This document shows positions 35,616-44,544 of a stretch of 64,000 nucleotides of DNA, in pieces (positions within the stretch are counted from its first letter, which is position 1; each line of letters opens with the position of its first letter). The position numbers and the translations under genes are program-made. Where the stretch lies: assembly GCA_965219685.1 (NCBI GenBank), contig CBDCOH010000002.1:2656001-2720000 (forward strand), given 5' to 3'. The DNA comes from Candidatus Spongiisociaceae bacterium (GTDB lineage Bacteria; Actinomycetota; Acidimicrobiia; Spongiisociales; Spongiisociaceae). A model generated the notes under the pieces. That model was not told the origin of the DNA. It did not search any database and saw nothing but the letters and a program-made list of their open reading frames with translations.

Positions 35616-35994
35616 GTATCTCTACGCTGCCTCCGACGGCCTCGATCTTGCCCTTGGCGGCCTCGGCCTCCTCCTTGGAGACCGCCTCGAGCACGGTGTT
35701 GGGGATGCCGTCCACGACCGCCTTGGCCTCCTTGAGGCCGAGACGGGTGAGAGCGCGGACCTCCTTGATCACCTGGATCTTCTTGTCTCCCGAGGAGGTG
35801 AGCACGACGTCGAACTCCACCTGTTCCTCTTCGGGCTCGGCGGACGCGTCCTCGCCGGGCGCCATGGCAACCGCCATCGAAGCCGCCGCGGTCACATCGA
35901 AGTGACTCTCGAAGGCGTCCAAGAACTCTTTGAGCTCGAGGACCGTCATCTCCTCGAAAACGCTCAACAAGTCTGCGGTACTCATCGTGGCCAT
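35611..35994 (-). CDS. rplL: 50S ribosomal protein L7/L12
   Basis: EFDVVL...[20 protein letters not shown]. Confidence 0.96.
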   Translation of the reverse strand: MATMSTADLLSVFEEMTVLELKEFLDAFESHFDVTAAASMAVAMAPGEDASAEPEEEQVEFDVVLTSSGDKKIQVIKEVRALTRLGLKEAKAVVDGIPNTVLEAVSKEEAEAAKGKIEAVGGSVEIR

Positions 35995-36027
35995 GGTTCT
36001 CCTCCTGCGTGGGTGGTTTCCAGTGGT

Positions 36028-36582
36028 TTAGGGGGAATCGGACCCGGATACGGATCCGCCCTCCCCTGCTTCCTTCTTCTCGAGTAGTTGAGAGAACACG
36101 GAGGCGGCTTCGCGGCTGAGCGAACCCAGAAGGAACGCCGCCTTGGAAAGCGGTCCCTTCACTGCCCCGGCGATCTTCCCGAGTAGTGCCTCGCGGCCCT
36201 CGATCCTGGCGATGACCTCGATCTGGTGGGAGGCGATCACCTGGTCCTTCAGCAGCCCGGCCTTGACCACCAGGCCCTCGTTGTCCTTCCCGAAGTCCAC
36301 CAGAGCCTTGGCGGCGGGAACCGGATCATCGTCTACAAAAGCAACGGCGGTAGGGCCGGTCAACCATTCGTCGAGACCCTCATGACCGAGTTCGTGCAGT
36401 GCCCTGCGCGTGAGGGTCATCTTCAACACCTTGTAACGGGCGCCGGCCTCCCCGAGGGCGCGACGGAGTTCTTGCTGGCGAGCGACCGTCAGGCCGCGGT
36501 ACTCGGTGAGGAACGACGCCGAGGAACCGGCGAAGTAGTCCTTGATCTCTGCAACCGCCTTAACCTTCTCCGGTCGTGGCAT
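36028..36582 (-). CDS. rplJ: 50S ribosomal protein L10
   Basis: MPRPEKVKAV, TEYRGLTV, LTGPTAVAF. Confidence 0.95.
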   Translation of the reverse strand: MPRPEKVKAVAEIKDYFAGSSASFLTEYRGLTVARQQELRRALGEAGARYKVLKMTLTRRALHELGHEGLDEWLTGPTAVAFVDDDPVPAAKALVDFGKDNEGLVVKAGLLKDQVIASHQIEVIARIEGREALLGKIAGAVKGPLSKAAFLLGSLSREAASVFSQLLEKKEAGEGGSVSGSDSP

Positions 36583-36589
36583 GAATCCT

Positions 36590-36770
36590 CCGCAGTCTTG
36601 GTGGCAGCGCCTGTGGTGGTATCAAGGCGAGCACCCTCCGATGAGCGAGACAGACGAGGGTACCCGAGAGACATCTCGAATCAACCTCGGCAGGCGGATC
36701 CGTGTGGATCCCTTAAACCTTCAGAGCGGGAGTCGTCCCGTACCGCGGGTTACCGGCTGTCTGCGGCCCA
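36590..36770 (-). ncRNA. L10 leader (ribosomal protein autoregulatory element)
   Basis: CCGCAGACAGCCGGT...TTTAA-hairpin-CCTGCCGAGG upstream of rplJ. Confidence 0.7.
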
Positions 36771-36830
36771 TGGTTCCGGAACCTCTCCGGAGCCGTGCCG
36801 CAGCATAGACGGACGATGCGCGAAGGCCAA

Positions 36831-36909
36831 GTTGGTGGGTGGTGAATGGTGAGTGGTGAGTGGTGAATGGTGAGTGGTGAAGGCTCTACACACCACCAAT
36901 CACCAACTA
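36831..36909. repeat. Paired heptamer arrays (TGGTGAG/TGGTGAA, then CACCAAT-type) at the rplA stop
   Basis: Read directly; the two arrays are roughly complementary. Confidence 0.9.
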
Positions 36910-37617
36910 CCGACGCACTAGGCGATCAAGCCGGGAAGCGTCGACTTTCACTCCCGGACCCATGGTCGACGAGAGGGCGAGGTTCCTCAGATAGGTTCCC
37001 TTGGCAGCGGGCGGTTTTACCCTGACAATCTCGCCCACCAGAGCGGAGAGATTCTCGTGGAGCATGGCATCGTCGAACGAGACTTTCCCGATCGGGGCTG
37101 CGATGTTGCCGTAGCGGTCGTTCCGGTACTCGATCTTCCCGCCCTTGAACTCCCGCACGGTCCGGGCCACATCGCGAGTAATGGTGCCGGCCTTCGGGTT
37201 GGGCATGAGACCGCGGGGACCCAGCAGCCGCCCCAGGCGGCCCACCCTCGGCATCATGTCCGGGGTGGCGATAGCCACGTCGAAGGCGATCTCGCCCCCA
37301 GATGCGAGCATGTCGGCCAGATCCTGCCCGCCCACGACTTCGGCCCCGGCCTCCTCGGCCTCGAATTGCTTGTCCCCCCCTGCGAACACCGCAACGCGGA
37401 CCGAGCGGCCCGTTCCGTGCGGGAGGACGACCGTTCCCCTGACCAACTGGTCTGCCCTGCGAGGGTCGATTCCCAGCTTCATCACTGCCTCTACCGTCTC
37501 GTCGAAGCGGGCCGACGCCATGGTCCGGACCATCCGTATGGCTTCCGAGGGCGGGTAGGACAGGTACTTGTCGAACGTCGCGGCCATCTGGTTGTACCGC
37601 TTGCCTCTGCGGGCCAT
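36907..37617 (-). CDS. rplA: 50S ribosomal protein L1
   Basis: [43 protein letters not shown]; AAGGAGG RBS. Confidence 0.97.
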   Translation of the reverse strand: MARRGKRYNQMAATFDKYLSYPPSEAIRMVRTMASARFDETVEAVMKLGIDPRRADQLVRGTVVLPHGTGRSVRVAVFAGGDKQFEAEEAGAEVVGGQDLADMLASGGEIAFDVAIATPDMMPRVGRLGRLLGPRGLMPNPKAGTITRDVARTVREFKGGKIEYRNDRYGNIAAPIGKVSFDDAMLHENLSALVGEIVRVKPPAAKGTYLRNLALSSTMGPGVKVDASRLDRLVRR

Positions 37618-37844
37618 GGTTCCTCCTTGTGGTGTTAGTGGTCTGCCTGCAAAACAACCTGTCGTGCCCTGCCAGCCAGGGACGCCCCCGGCGGCGCATG
37701 CCACGACGCGATTTCACAGACAAAACCACTGGCGCCCCTGTCGGCCGAATGTCTTGGCATGCAACCGACGGACCACCGGCGAGCCGCCATGCAGCGGCTC
37801 TCCCAGCTATCTGTAACTTGTAGTGTCGGTCGAGCCCGACTGAC

Positions 37845-38273
37845 TCAGTCTGCGATGACGATCCCCATCGACCGGGCGGTACCGGCCACGATCTTCATCG
37901 CTCCCTCGACATCCGTCGTATTGAGATCGGGGAGCTTGGTCTCGGCGATCTGGCGAAGCTGATCCCGGGAAAGCGTGGCGACCTTCTCCCGGTTGGGCTC
38001 CGGAGAGCCCTTCTCGATCCTGGCCGCCTGCCGCAGCAGAACCGCGGCGGGCGGTGTCTTCGTCACGAACGTGAAGGACCGGTCGGCGTATATCGTAACC
38101 TCAGCCGGAACGATGGTCCCCAACTGGGTCTTGGTCGCCTCGTTGTAGGACCTGACGAACTCCATGATGTTTATCCCGTACTGGCCTAGCGCCGGACCGA
38201 CCGGCGGCGCGGGGCTGGCCTCCCCTGCCGGAATCTGGAGTTTCAGGATGGCTGTAACCCGTTTTCTACCCAT
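37845..38273 (-). CDS. rplK: 50S ribosomal protein L11
   Basis: [27 protein letters not shown]. Confidence 0.97.
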   Translation of the reverse strand: MGRKRVTAILKLQIPAGEASPAPPVGPALGQYGINIMEFVRSYNEATKTQLGTIVPAEVTIYADRSFTFVTKTPPAAVLLRQAARIEKGSPEPNREKVATLSRDQLRQIAETKLPDLNTTDVEGAMKIVAGTARSMGIVIAD

Positions 38274-38349
38274 GATGGCCGATGTCCTTCGATCTTCCTC
38301 TTCAGTGTTCGGTGTGGAGCATCCCGGTCAAAAGGCCCGAGCCGCCCGC

Positions 38350-39198
38350 TCATTGCTTCTGGATCTCCTCGAATCCCAACTCCATCGGAGTGTCCCGGCC
38401 GAAGATCTCGACGAGCACGGTGACCTTCTGCCGATCGACGTTGATATCCTCAACCACTCCGTTGAAGTCGGCGAACGGACCCGATGAAACCCGCACCGTC
38501 TCCCCGATCTCCCATGCCGGCCGGAAACGAGGGGGCTTCTTGGCCGCCTCCTTCTTGAGACCGAGGAAGCGCTCGACCTCTCGCTTCGACAGGGAGGTCG
38601 GCTTGTTTCCTGTCCCCATCCCGACGAACGAGGTGACGCCCGGCGTGTTGCGAACTGCATGCCAGGAGTCGTCGTCCAGGTACATCCGGATGAGTAGGTA
38701 ACCGGGGAACATCCGCTTCTCAACCTCGACCTTGCGTCCCCCTTTGATCTCCACCACCTTCTCGGTCGGTATCACGACCTCGAAGATCCGGTCCTCCATG
38801 TGCATGGACGATGTACGAGTGGCCAGTCTCGCCTTGACCTTCTTCTCGTAGCCCGAATAAGCGTGGATCACGTACCAGGAACCCGGCTTGTCATACGGGC
38901 TGATCGGCTCCTCCTCGACCAGCTCCGCGACCTCGGTCGTGGCGGGTGGCTCGACGACTGGCTTGGGCTTGGCCGGCCGGGGCTTGGAGACCGTGCGGGG
39001 CTTGACAGCAGGTGCGGCGGTGGGATCCGGTTCAGGCGCTTGCGGCACCTCAGGCGGCACTTCCGGCAAGGAGCCATCGCTACCGAACCCTGCCGACAGC
39101 AGGGCCGCCCCCAGGGAGCCTACCGCTTCCTCCCCAGCCTCCCCTTGGGGCTCAGCGTCGAGGTCCTCGTCGACCGGAGGATGGGTACGGTCCGCCAC
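38350..39198 (-). CDS. nusG: Transcription factor NusG with long acidic/Pro-rich N-terminal extension
   Basis: WYVIHAYSGYEKKVK, FPGYLL, VRNTPGVTSFVG, KOW GPFADF. Confidence 0.95.
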   Translation of the reverse strand: MADRTHPPVDEDLDAEPQGEAGEEAVGSLGAALLSAGFGSDGSLPEVPPEVPQAPEPDPTAAPAVKPRTVSKPRPAKPKPVVEPPATTEVAELVEEEPISPYDKPGSWYVIHAYSGYEKKVKARLATRTSSMHMEDRIFEVVIPTEKVVEIKGGRKVEVEKRMFPGYLLIRMYLDDDSWHAVRNTPGVTSFVGMGTGNKPTSLSKREVERFLGLKKEAAKKPPRFRPAWEIGETVRVSSGPFADFNGVVEDINVDRQKVTVLVEIFGRDTPMELGFEEIQKQ

Positions 39199-39200
39199 GC

Positions 39201-39521
39201 CTAACCCGTCAATTCTCGGATCAGGGCCAGCACCGTGCGGCTGAACGCCAAGTCGACAACGAACACGTAGCCGGTCAGCACCCCCGCCGTCACGACCGTG
39301 ACCGCGGTGAAAGCGACCATCTGCTGGCGGCTTGGCCAGCCGACGCGACTGAGTTCGACCCGTACTTCGCGAAGGAACTGCACGAGGCGCGCCAAGCGGC
39401 CCCGTGGCTGGCCACCTTGACCCCCGGACCCTCCAACGATCGGAGAACGACGGCTCCGGGTGTCCTTCTGTTTGCTGCGTCGCTCCTCCCGCTCGGCGAG
39501 CCGACGCATCTCGCGGTTCAT
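39201..39521 (-). CDS. secE: Preprotein translocase SecE
   Basis: FLREVRVELSRVGWPSR plus TM helix; lies between tRNA-Trp and nusG. Confidence 0.92.
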   Translation of the reverse strand: MNREMRRLAEREERRSKQKDTRSRRSPIVGGSGGQGGQPRGRLARLVQFLREVRVELSRVGWPSRQQMVAFTAVTVVTAGVLTGYVFVVDLAFSRTVLALIRELTG

Positions 39522-39573
39522 ATCGATTCCTGTCCTATGTGGTTCCACCGGCGGGTTTCGCCGCGAACGAGTG

Positions 39574-39651
39574 TGGCAGGGGCGGAGGGATTCGAACCCC
39601 CAACCTCCGGTTTTGGAGACCGGCGCTCTAACCAGTTCGAGCTACGCCCCT
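39574..39651 (-). tRNA. tRNA-Trp (CCA)
   Basis: AGGGGCGTAGCTC...CTCCAAA anticodon loop...GTTCGAATC...CCCTGCCA. Confidence 0.96.
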
Positions 39652-39666
39652 CAGCCGTGGGGGGTG

Positions 39667-39696
39667 AGTATACGAAGAGGTCGGCCCCAGTGTAAA
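39667..39696 (-). promoter_or_regulatory. Putative promoter for tRNA-Trp/secE
   Basis: TTTACA-18 nt-TATACT. Confidence 0.55.
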
Positions 39697-39818
39697 CCGA
39701 GTGCCGGTTGTCCGTTGTCGGTTGCCCGTCGGGTGACCGGGCAGCGCGGGGAGTGCCGTGGCACTCCGAGCATGTCAGGGGTCAGCGGAGGCATACCGCT
39801 GGCAACCGGCAACCGGCT

Positions 39819-40220
39819 TCAGCTCGCCTGGGATCTGAGCCGGCGGCCCGCCACGACGACCAGTCCGATAGCGGCGACCGACGCGGCCGAGGCGATGGCG
39901 GCCACCAATGGACGGCGCCTGTCAGCCGGCATATCGGCGGGATCGTCGTCCGTGACCTGGATCGTGGGTTGGTCGAGAACCGACGTCATGTCGTAGGGAA
40001 GGGGCTCGAACTCCTGCCGTAGAGACGCTAGGCCCCTCATCACCTGGCGCTGGCGAACTGTCGCGGCCTGGCAGAGCAGGCACTCACTTCGGTGCCGCTC
40101 GAGCGGCTGGGGCAAGGTGATCGTTCCCGACTCCACTCCATACAGCACCAAGCGGGTCATCCTGCAAGCCGCTCCCCGAGGCAACCGGTCCGTGGCCGTC
40201 TTAGCAAGAGGTTGGCTCAC
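39819..40220 (-). CDS. Putative ZAS-type membrane anti-sigma factor
   Basis: HxxxCxxC (HRSECLLC) plus C-terminal TM; overlaps the ECF sigma stop. Confidence 0.7.
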   Translation of the reverse strand: MSQPLAKTATDRLPRGAACRMTRLVLYGVESGTITLPQPLERHRSECLLCQAATVRQRQVMRGLASLRQEFEPLPYDMTSVLDQPTIQVTDDDPADMPADRRRPLVAAIASAASVAAIGLVVVAGRRLRSQAS

Positions 40221-40780
40221 ACCACCCCCCTCAACATATCCCGCAGGCGGAGATGAGCCCGGTGAAGTCGTACCTTGGAAGCTGCCACAGAGATGGACAT
40301 CGAGTCAGCGATCTCGCGGTGCGACCACCCGTAGACGTCCTTGAGTATGACGATGGCCCTCTGGTGGTGGGGTAAGCGGCTCAGCGCAGCCTTCAGGTTG
40401 GCTCTCAACTCAGCCCGCTCGCCGGCAACCTCGGGATTCCCGCTGGCATCCGCATGGGGCTGGCGGATCATCTGGTCTAGGTCGTAGGTGGCCTGGCGCG
40501 CCGCCCGGCCCTTGAGTGTCCAGGCAACGTTAGCCGTGATCCGATAGATCCAGGTGCTGAAGCTGGAATCCCCCCGGAACCGGCCGATGGCTCTCCATGC
40601 CCGCACCAGCGCCTCCTGGGTGACATCTGCGGCCAGGGTTCGATCCCCGACCAAGCGAACCGCCAATGTGTAAACCTCGTGTTGGTGAAGCCGAGCGAGT
40701 TCTCCGAATGCGGCCCGATCACCCTTTCTTGACCGTTCCACCAACTCGCCTATATCGGCTTCGACCCGTCGACCTGACAT
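40217..40780 (-). CDS. ECF RNA polymerase sigma factor
   Basis: GDRAAFGEL, DVTQEA..RAW, FRGDSSFSTWIYRI, G.SHREIA...SK.RLHRA. Confidence 0.92.
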   Translation of the reverse strand: MSGRRVEADIGELVERSRKGDRAAFGELARLHQHEVYTLAVRLVGDRTLAADVTQEALVRAWRAIGRFRGDSSFSTWIYRITANVAWTLKGRAARQATYDLDQMIRQPHADASGNPEVAGERAELRANLKAALSRLPHHQRAIVILKDVYGWSHREIADSMSISVAASKVRLHRAHLRLRDMLRGVV

Positions 40781-40800
40781 CTGGTTACAGGCTCCCGCTC

Positions 40801-41670
40801 CTAGCCGGTCCTGGCCGTGATGGTAGCAACAACATGTGTCCCGGCGTCTGAGACGACGGCCGTCTTGATAGCGGCTCGGCCGCCGGAACAGTCATCGACG
40901 GCTGCCGTCACCTCTGCCGCCGTATCCGGATAGAGGGGGCGCCGGAAACGAAAACGACCACTGACCAACGGATCCAAGCGATCGATCACCGCCGCGGCGG
41001 GCTGGGTGGCCCACGCAGCCATCAGCAGGCCGTGACAAATGACACCCCCTACTCCGGAGGCAACGCCCCGACCGTGATCCCAGTGGACCGGGTTGAAGTC
41101 CTCGCTGGCAGCCGCATAGCGCACGAGGTCGGAGCGCGAAGCCGACTTGGGAAGCCCGGGCAGGGCAGTCCCGGGAGTCAACGTCCCCCCTCCGGCCGGT
41201 CGAGCATTCGCCCGACGAGCCTCCGGCTCGGGTTCCTCCCGCTCCTCCGACCCGCCACCAGGCGGCACGCCGGCCGACATGAGGAAGAGCGACCTCGATG
41301 ACAGCACGCCCTGGTCCCGGTCATCCTTCACATCCACCACGAAGGTGACGAACGCTGTGTCACCGCGGCGGCGCAGGCGGTCCACCCTGCCCTCGATCGA
41401 AAGCGAAGAGCCTACCCGCCAGGGCGCCAACCAGGAGAAGGTCTGCTCGCCATGGATGAGCAGGCGCGCATGTGTCGACACGTCGGGGTCGGCGAAGAAC
41501 GCAGGCGCCGCCTTGAAGAGGACAGCCCCCGCGAACGAGGGTGGTGCATGGGTGTCCCACCGTCGCGGATCATCGCCAGTGGCTTCCACGTATGCGGCAA
41601 CTTGCGCAGCACTGACCCGGAATGCGAAGGGTCCATAGGAGCGACCTGAGAGGGCCCCGAGATCACTCAA
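40801..41670 (-). CDS. Double-hotdog MaoC dehydratase (HadA/HadB-like fusion)
   Basis: N-terminal APPSFA..LIHGEQTF, C-terminal YAAASEDFNPVHWD...ICHGLL. Confidence 0.85.
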   Translation of the reverse strand: MSDLGALSGRSYGPFAFRVSAAQVAAYVEATGDDPRRWDTHAPPSFAGAVLFKAAPAFFADPDVSTHARLLIHGEQTFSWLAPWRVGSSLSIEGRVDRLRRRGDTAFVTFVVDVKDDRDQGVLSSRSLFLMSAGVPPGGGSEEREEPEPEARRANARPAGGGTLTPGTALPGLPKSASRSDLVRYAAASEDFNPVHWDHGRGVASGVGGVICHGLLMAAWATQPAAAVIDRLDPLVSGRFRFRRPLYPDTAAEVTAAVDDCSGGRAAIKTAVVSDAGTHVVATITARTG

Positions 41671-41680
41671 CTCCTACGGC

Positions 41681-41863
41681 CTACCGTATCTCGCGATGGA
41701 GGGTGTGACGTCGTAGGAATGGATTGTACTTCTTGAGTTCCAGCCTGCTCCGCGTGTTATTACGGTTCTTGGTGGTTATGTAACGGGACGGCGGCTTACC
41801 TTCGCCCCGTGCCTCTGTGCACTCAAGTGTTATCTTGATTCGGCTGCCCTTTTTCTTGGCCAT
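41681..41863 (-). CDS. rpmG: 50S ribosomal protein L33, Zn-free type
   Basis: ITLECTE...RYITTKNR.N...[19 protein letters not shown]. Confidence 0.93.
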   Translation of the reverse strand: MAKKKGSRIKITLECTEARGEGKPPSRYITTKNRNNTRSRLELKKYNPFLRRHTLHREIR

Positions 41864-41915
41864 GGCACCCTTCCCACTCCTTCAGTATCCAGTTCCGAGG
41901 ACTCCCAGCCTCCCG

Positions 41916-43103
41916 TTATTTTGTGATTTTGGTGACAGTGCCCGCACCCACAGTACGACCACCCTCACGAATCGCAAACCGCAACCCCTCATCCATAGCA
42001 ATAGCCGAACCCAACTCCACCGACATACGAGTGTTATCACCCGGCATCACCATCTCCACCCCATCAGGCAACGCAACCCGACCAGTCACATCCGTCGTAC
42101 GGAAATAAAACTGCGGCTGATACCCAGCAAAAAACGGATTATGCCGACCACCCTCATCCTTAGTCAACACATACACCTGAGCCTCGAACCCAGTATGCGG
42201 CGTGATCGACCCCGGAGCAGCCAACACCTGACCCCGCTCCACCTCCGTCTTGCGCACCCCCCTCAACAACACCCCCACATTGTCACCAGCCCGACCCTCA
42301 TCCAACAACTTACGGAACATCTCCACCCCCGTCGCCACCGTACGACGAGTCTCCCGAATCCCCACCACCTCAACCGGATCACCCACATGAACCACCCCAG
42401 CCTCAACCTTCCCAGTCACCACCGTCCCCCGACCAGTAATCGAAAACACATCCTCGATCGGCATCAAAAACGGCCGATCCACCGGACGGTCCGGAACCGG
42501 AACATACGAATCCACCGCATCCATCAACTCCAGCACACCCCCCGCAGCAGCCTCATCCCCCTCCAAAGCCGCCAACGCCGACACCGGCACCACCGGCACG
42601 TCATCCCCCGGAAACCCATAATCATCCAACAACTCCCGAACCTCCAACTCCACCAACTCCAACAACTCCTCATCATCCACCAAATCAACCTTATTCAACG
42701 CCACAACAATACAAGGCACCCCCACCTGACGCGCCAACAACACATGCTCCCGCGTCTGAGGCATCGGACCATCAGCCGCCGACACCACCAACACCGCACC
42801 ATCCACCTGAGCAGCACCCGTAATCATATTCTTGATATAATCCGCATGCCCCGGCATATCCACATGCGCATAATGACGACCCACAGTCTCATACTCCACA
42901 TGCGCAATAGCAATCGTAATACCCCGCTCACGCTCCTCCGGCGCCTTATCAATCTCATCAAACACCGTAAACGTATTCCCAGCCACCCGCTCAGACAACA
43001 CCCGAGTAATCGCAGCAGTCAACGTCGTCTTACCATGATCAATATGACCCATAGTCCCAACATTCACATGCGGCTTAACCCGCTCAAACCTCGCCTTAGC
43101 CAT
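41916..43103 (-). CDS. tuf: Elongation factor Tu
   Basis: [46 protein letters not shown]; start MAKARFER. Confidence 0.98.
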   Translation of the reverse strand: MAKARFERVKPHVNVGTMGHIDHGKTTLTAAITRVLSERVAGNTFTVFDEIDKAPEERERGITIAIAHVEYETVGRHYAHVDMPGHADYIKNMITGAAQVDGAVLVVSAADGPMPQTREHVLLARQVGVPCIVVALNKVDLVDDEELLELVELEVRELLDDYGFPGDDVPVVPVSALAALEGDEAAAGGVLELMDAVDSYVPVPDRPVDRPFLMPIEDVFSITGRGTVVTGKVEAGVVHVGDPVEVVGIRETRRTVATGVEMFRKLLDEGRAGDNVGVLLRGVRKTEVERGQVLAAPGSITPHTGFEAQVYVLTKDEGGRHNPFFAGYQPQFYFRTTDVTGRVALPDGVEMVMPGDNTRMSVELGSAIAMDEGLRFAIREGGRTVGAGTVTKITK

Positions 43104-43184
43104 GGTGTCCGTTTCCCCTCTTGGTGTCCTGTGTGTCCATACATTGCATCGGTCGGCAATCATCACCGACAGCCGACCGTTTCG

Positions 43185-43258
43185 TAGCGGCGGGCAGACT
43201 TGAACTGCCGACCTCTCGATTATGAGTCGAGCGCTCTTACCGACTGAGCTACGCCGCC
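43185..43258 (-). tRNA. tRNA-Met (CAT), elongator type
   Basis: GGCGGCGTAGCTCAG...CTCATAA loop...GTTCAAG; CCA not encoded. Confidence 0.9.
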
Positions 43259-43302
43259 CCGGGGGATGGCCGCCCGGCATGCCGCCCGGCGTCACCCGCT
43301 CG

Positions 43303-43376
43303 AGCCCCCTTCCGGATTCGAACCGGAGACCTCCTCCTTACCATGGAGGCGCTCTGGCCTGCTGAGCTAAGGGGGC
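43303..43376 (-). tRNA. tRNA-Thr (GGT)
   Basis: GCCCCCTTAGCTCAG...CCTCC-ATGGTAA-GGAGG...GTTCGAATC. Confidence 0.94.
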
Positions 43377-43407
43377 ACTTCCGTGGGCACAAACCGCCCA
43401 CCCTCGG

Positions 43408-43490
43408 TGCCGGGAGAAGGATTCGAACCTCCGTAGGCATCTACCGGCAGATTTACAGTCTGCTCCCTTTGGCCGCTCGGGCATCCCGGC
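43408..43490 (-). tRNA. tRNA-Tyr (GTA)
   Basis: GCCGGGATGCCCGAGCGGCCAAAGGG..GACTGTAAATC, long variable arm, GTTCGAATC. Confidence 0.95.
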
Positions 43491-43524
43491 CCTGAACGCT
43501 GACGCCACCAAGCGTAGCGGGAGG

Positions 43525-43553
43525 ATTCTAGTCGCTGCCGACCGGAGTCAAAA
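43525..43553 (-). promoter_or_regulatory. Putative promoter of the tRNA-tuf operon
   Basis: TTTTGACT...TAGAAT about 35 nt upstream of tRNA-Tyr. Confidence 0.5.
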
Positions 43554-43612
43554 CCGGCGAACGCCGCGGGAGCCCTGACCGGGGCTTTGTCATGGGAGCC
43601 CTTCCGCTCGCC

Positions 43613-44470
43613 TCAGGTGCGGTAGTACATCTCCTCGAGACGGCGGATCCGTTCCTCGATGGGCGGATGGGTGGAGAACAGTCCGCCTCGCCCGCCGCCC
43701 CTGCGGCCGAACGCCTTGAGTGGATCGGCGATGAACAGCTGGCTCACAGCCGGATTGACCTCCATGGGAATGCGCCCGCTGGCCGTGCCGATCTTGTCCA
43801 GGGCCCGGGCGAGGCTGAGGGGCTGGCCGGTCATCTCGGCTCCGGACCGGTCGGCCTGGTACTCCCGCGCCCGGGAGATGGCCATCTTGATGATCATCCC
43901 CGCGATCGGCGCCAGGATCATCGCCGCGATCGCTATCACCAGGCCGGCCGGGTTGTTGCGGTCCCGGCCCCCGCCTCCGAACCAGAAGGCTATCCGGCTG
44001 AAGATGGTCAGGGCCGCGGCCAGCATCGCCGCGATCGACGAGATCAGGATGTCCCGGTTCCGGACGTGGGAGAGTTCGTGGGCCAGCACACCCTCCAACT
44101 CGTCGTCCCTCATGATCCGGAGGATCCCGGTGGTCACCGCCACCGCGGCGTGTTTCGGGTTGCGTCCGGTCGCGAAGGCGTTGGGCTGCGGCGAATCGAT
44201 CAGGTGGATCGAGGGCATCGGCATATCGGAGGAGGCCGCCAAGCGCCGGATCATGCCGTAGACGTTGGGAAGCTCGTGCTCGGCGACGGGCTTGGCCCGG
44301 CTCATCGCAAGCGCCATCTTGGCCGAGAAGAAATAGGCGACGAAGTTGAGGCCGACCGCGAAGAGCAGGCCGATCACCATTCCCTCAACACCGCCGAACA
44401 GCACCAACCCCAGCCACCAGACGAGGGCGCTCATCAGGCTCAACAGGCCTACGGTCTTCAGGTTGTTCAT
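43613..44470 (-). CDS. htpX: Zinc metalloprotease HtpX
   Basis: QPNAFATGRNP, GVLAHELSH, SRAREYQAD, FSTHPP. Confidence 0.95.
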   Translation of the reverse strand: MNNLKTVGLLSLMSALVWWLGLVLFGGVEGMVIGLLFAVGLNFVAYFFSAKMALAMSRAKPVAEHELPNVYGMIRRLAASSDMPMPSIHLIDSPQPNAFATGRNPKHAAVAVTTGILRIMRDDELEGVLAHELSHVRNRDILISSIAAMLAAALTIFSRIAFWFGGGGRDRNNPAGLVIAIAAMILAPIAGMIIKMAISRAREYQADRSGAEMTGQPLSLARALDKIGTASGRIPMEVNPAVSQLFIADPLKAFGRRGGGRGGLFSTHPPIEERIRRLEEMYYRT

Positions 44471-44544
44471 CTCGGCCCCGATCCTACCCGCAGATCTGCC
44501 CTAACCGGAGGTCGGAGCGAACACCTCGACCCAATGGCCGCCCA

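Noticed and set aside
38890-39198. NusG N-terminal extension as a novelty
   Set aside because: Acidic low-complexity extensions are common in actinobacterial NusG
41817-43187. 456-aa His/Pro/Thr-rich + strand ORF
   Set aside because: Antisense shadow of tuf; its odd composition follows from the tuf codon bias
39574-43490. tRNAs as integration sites of a mobile element
   Set aside because: No integrase and no duplicated tRNA 3' end seen in the window
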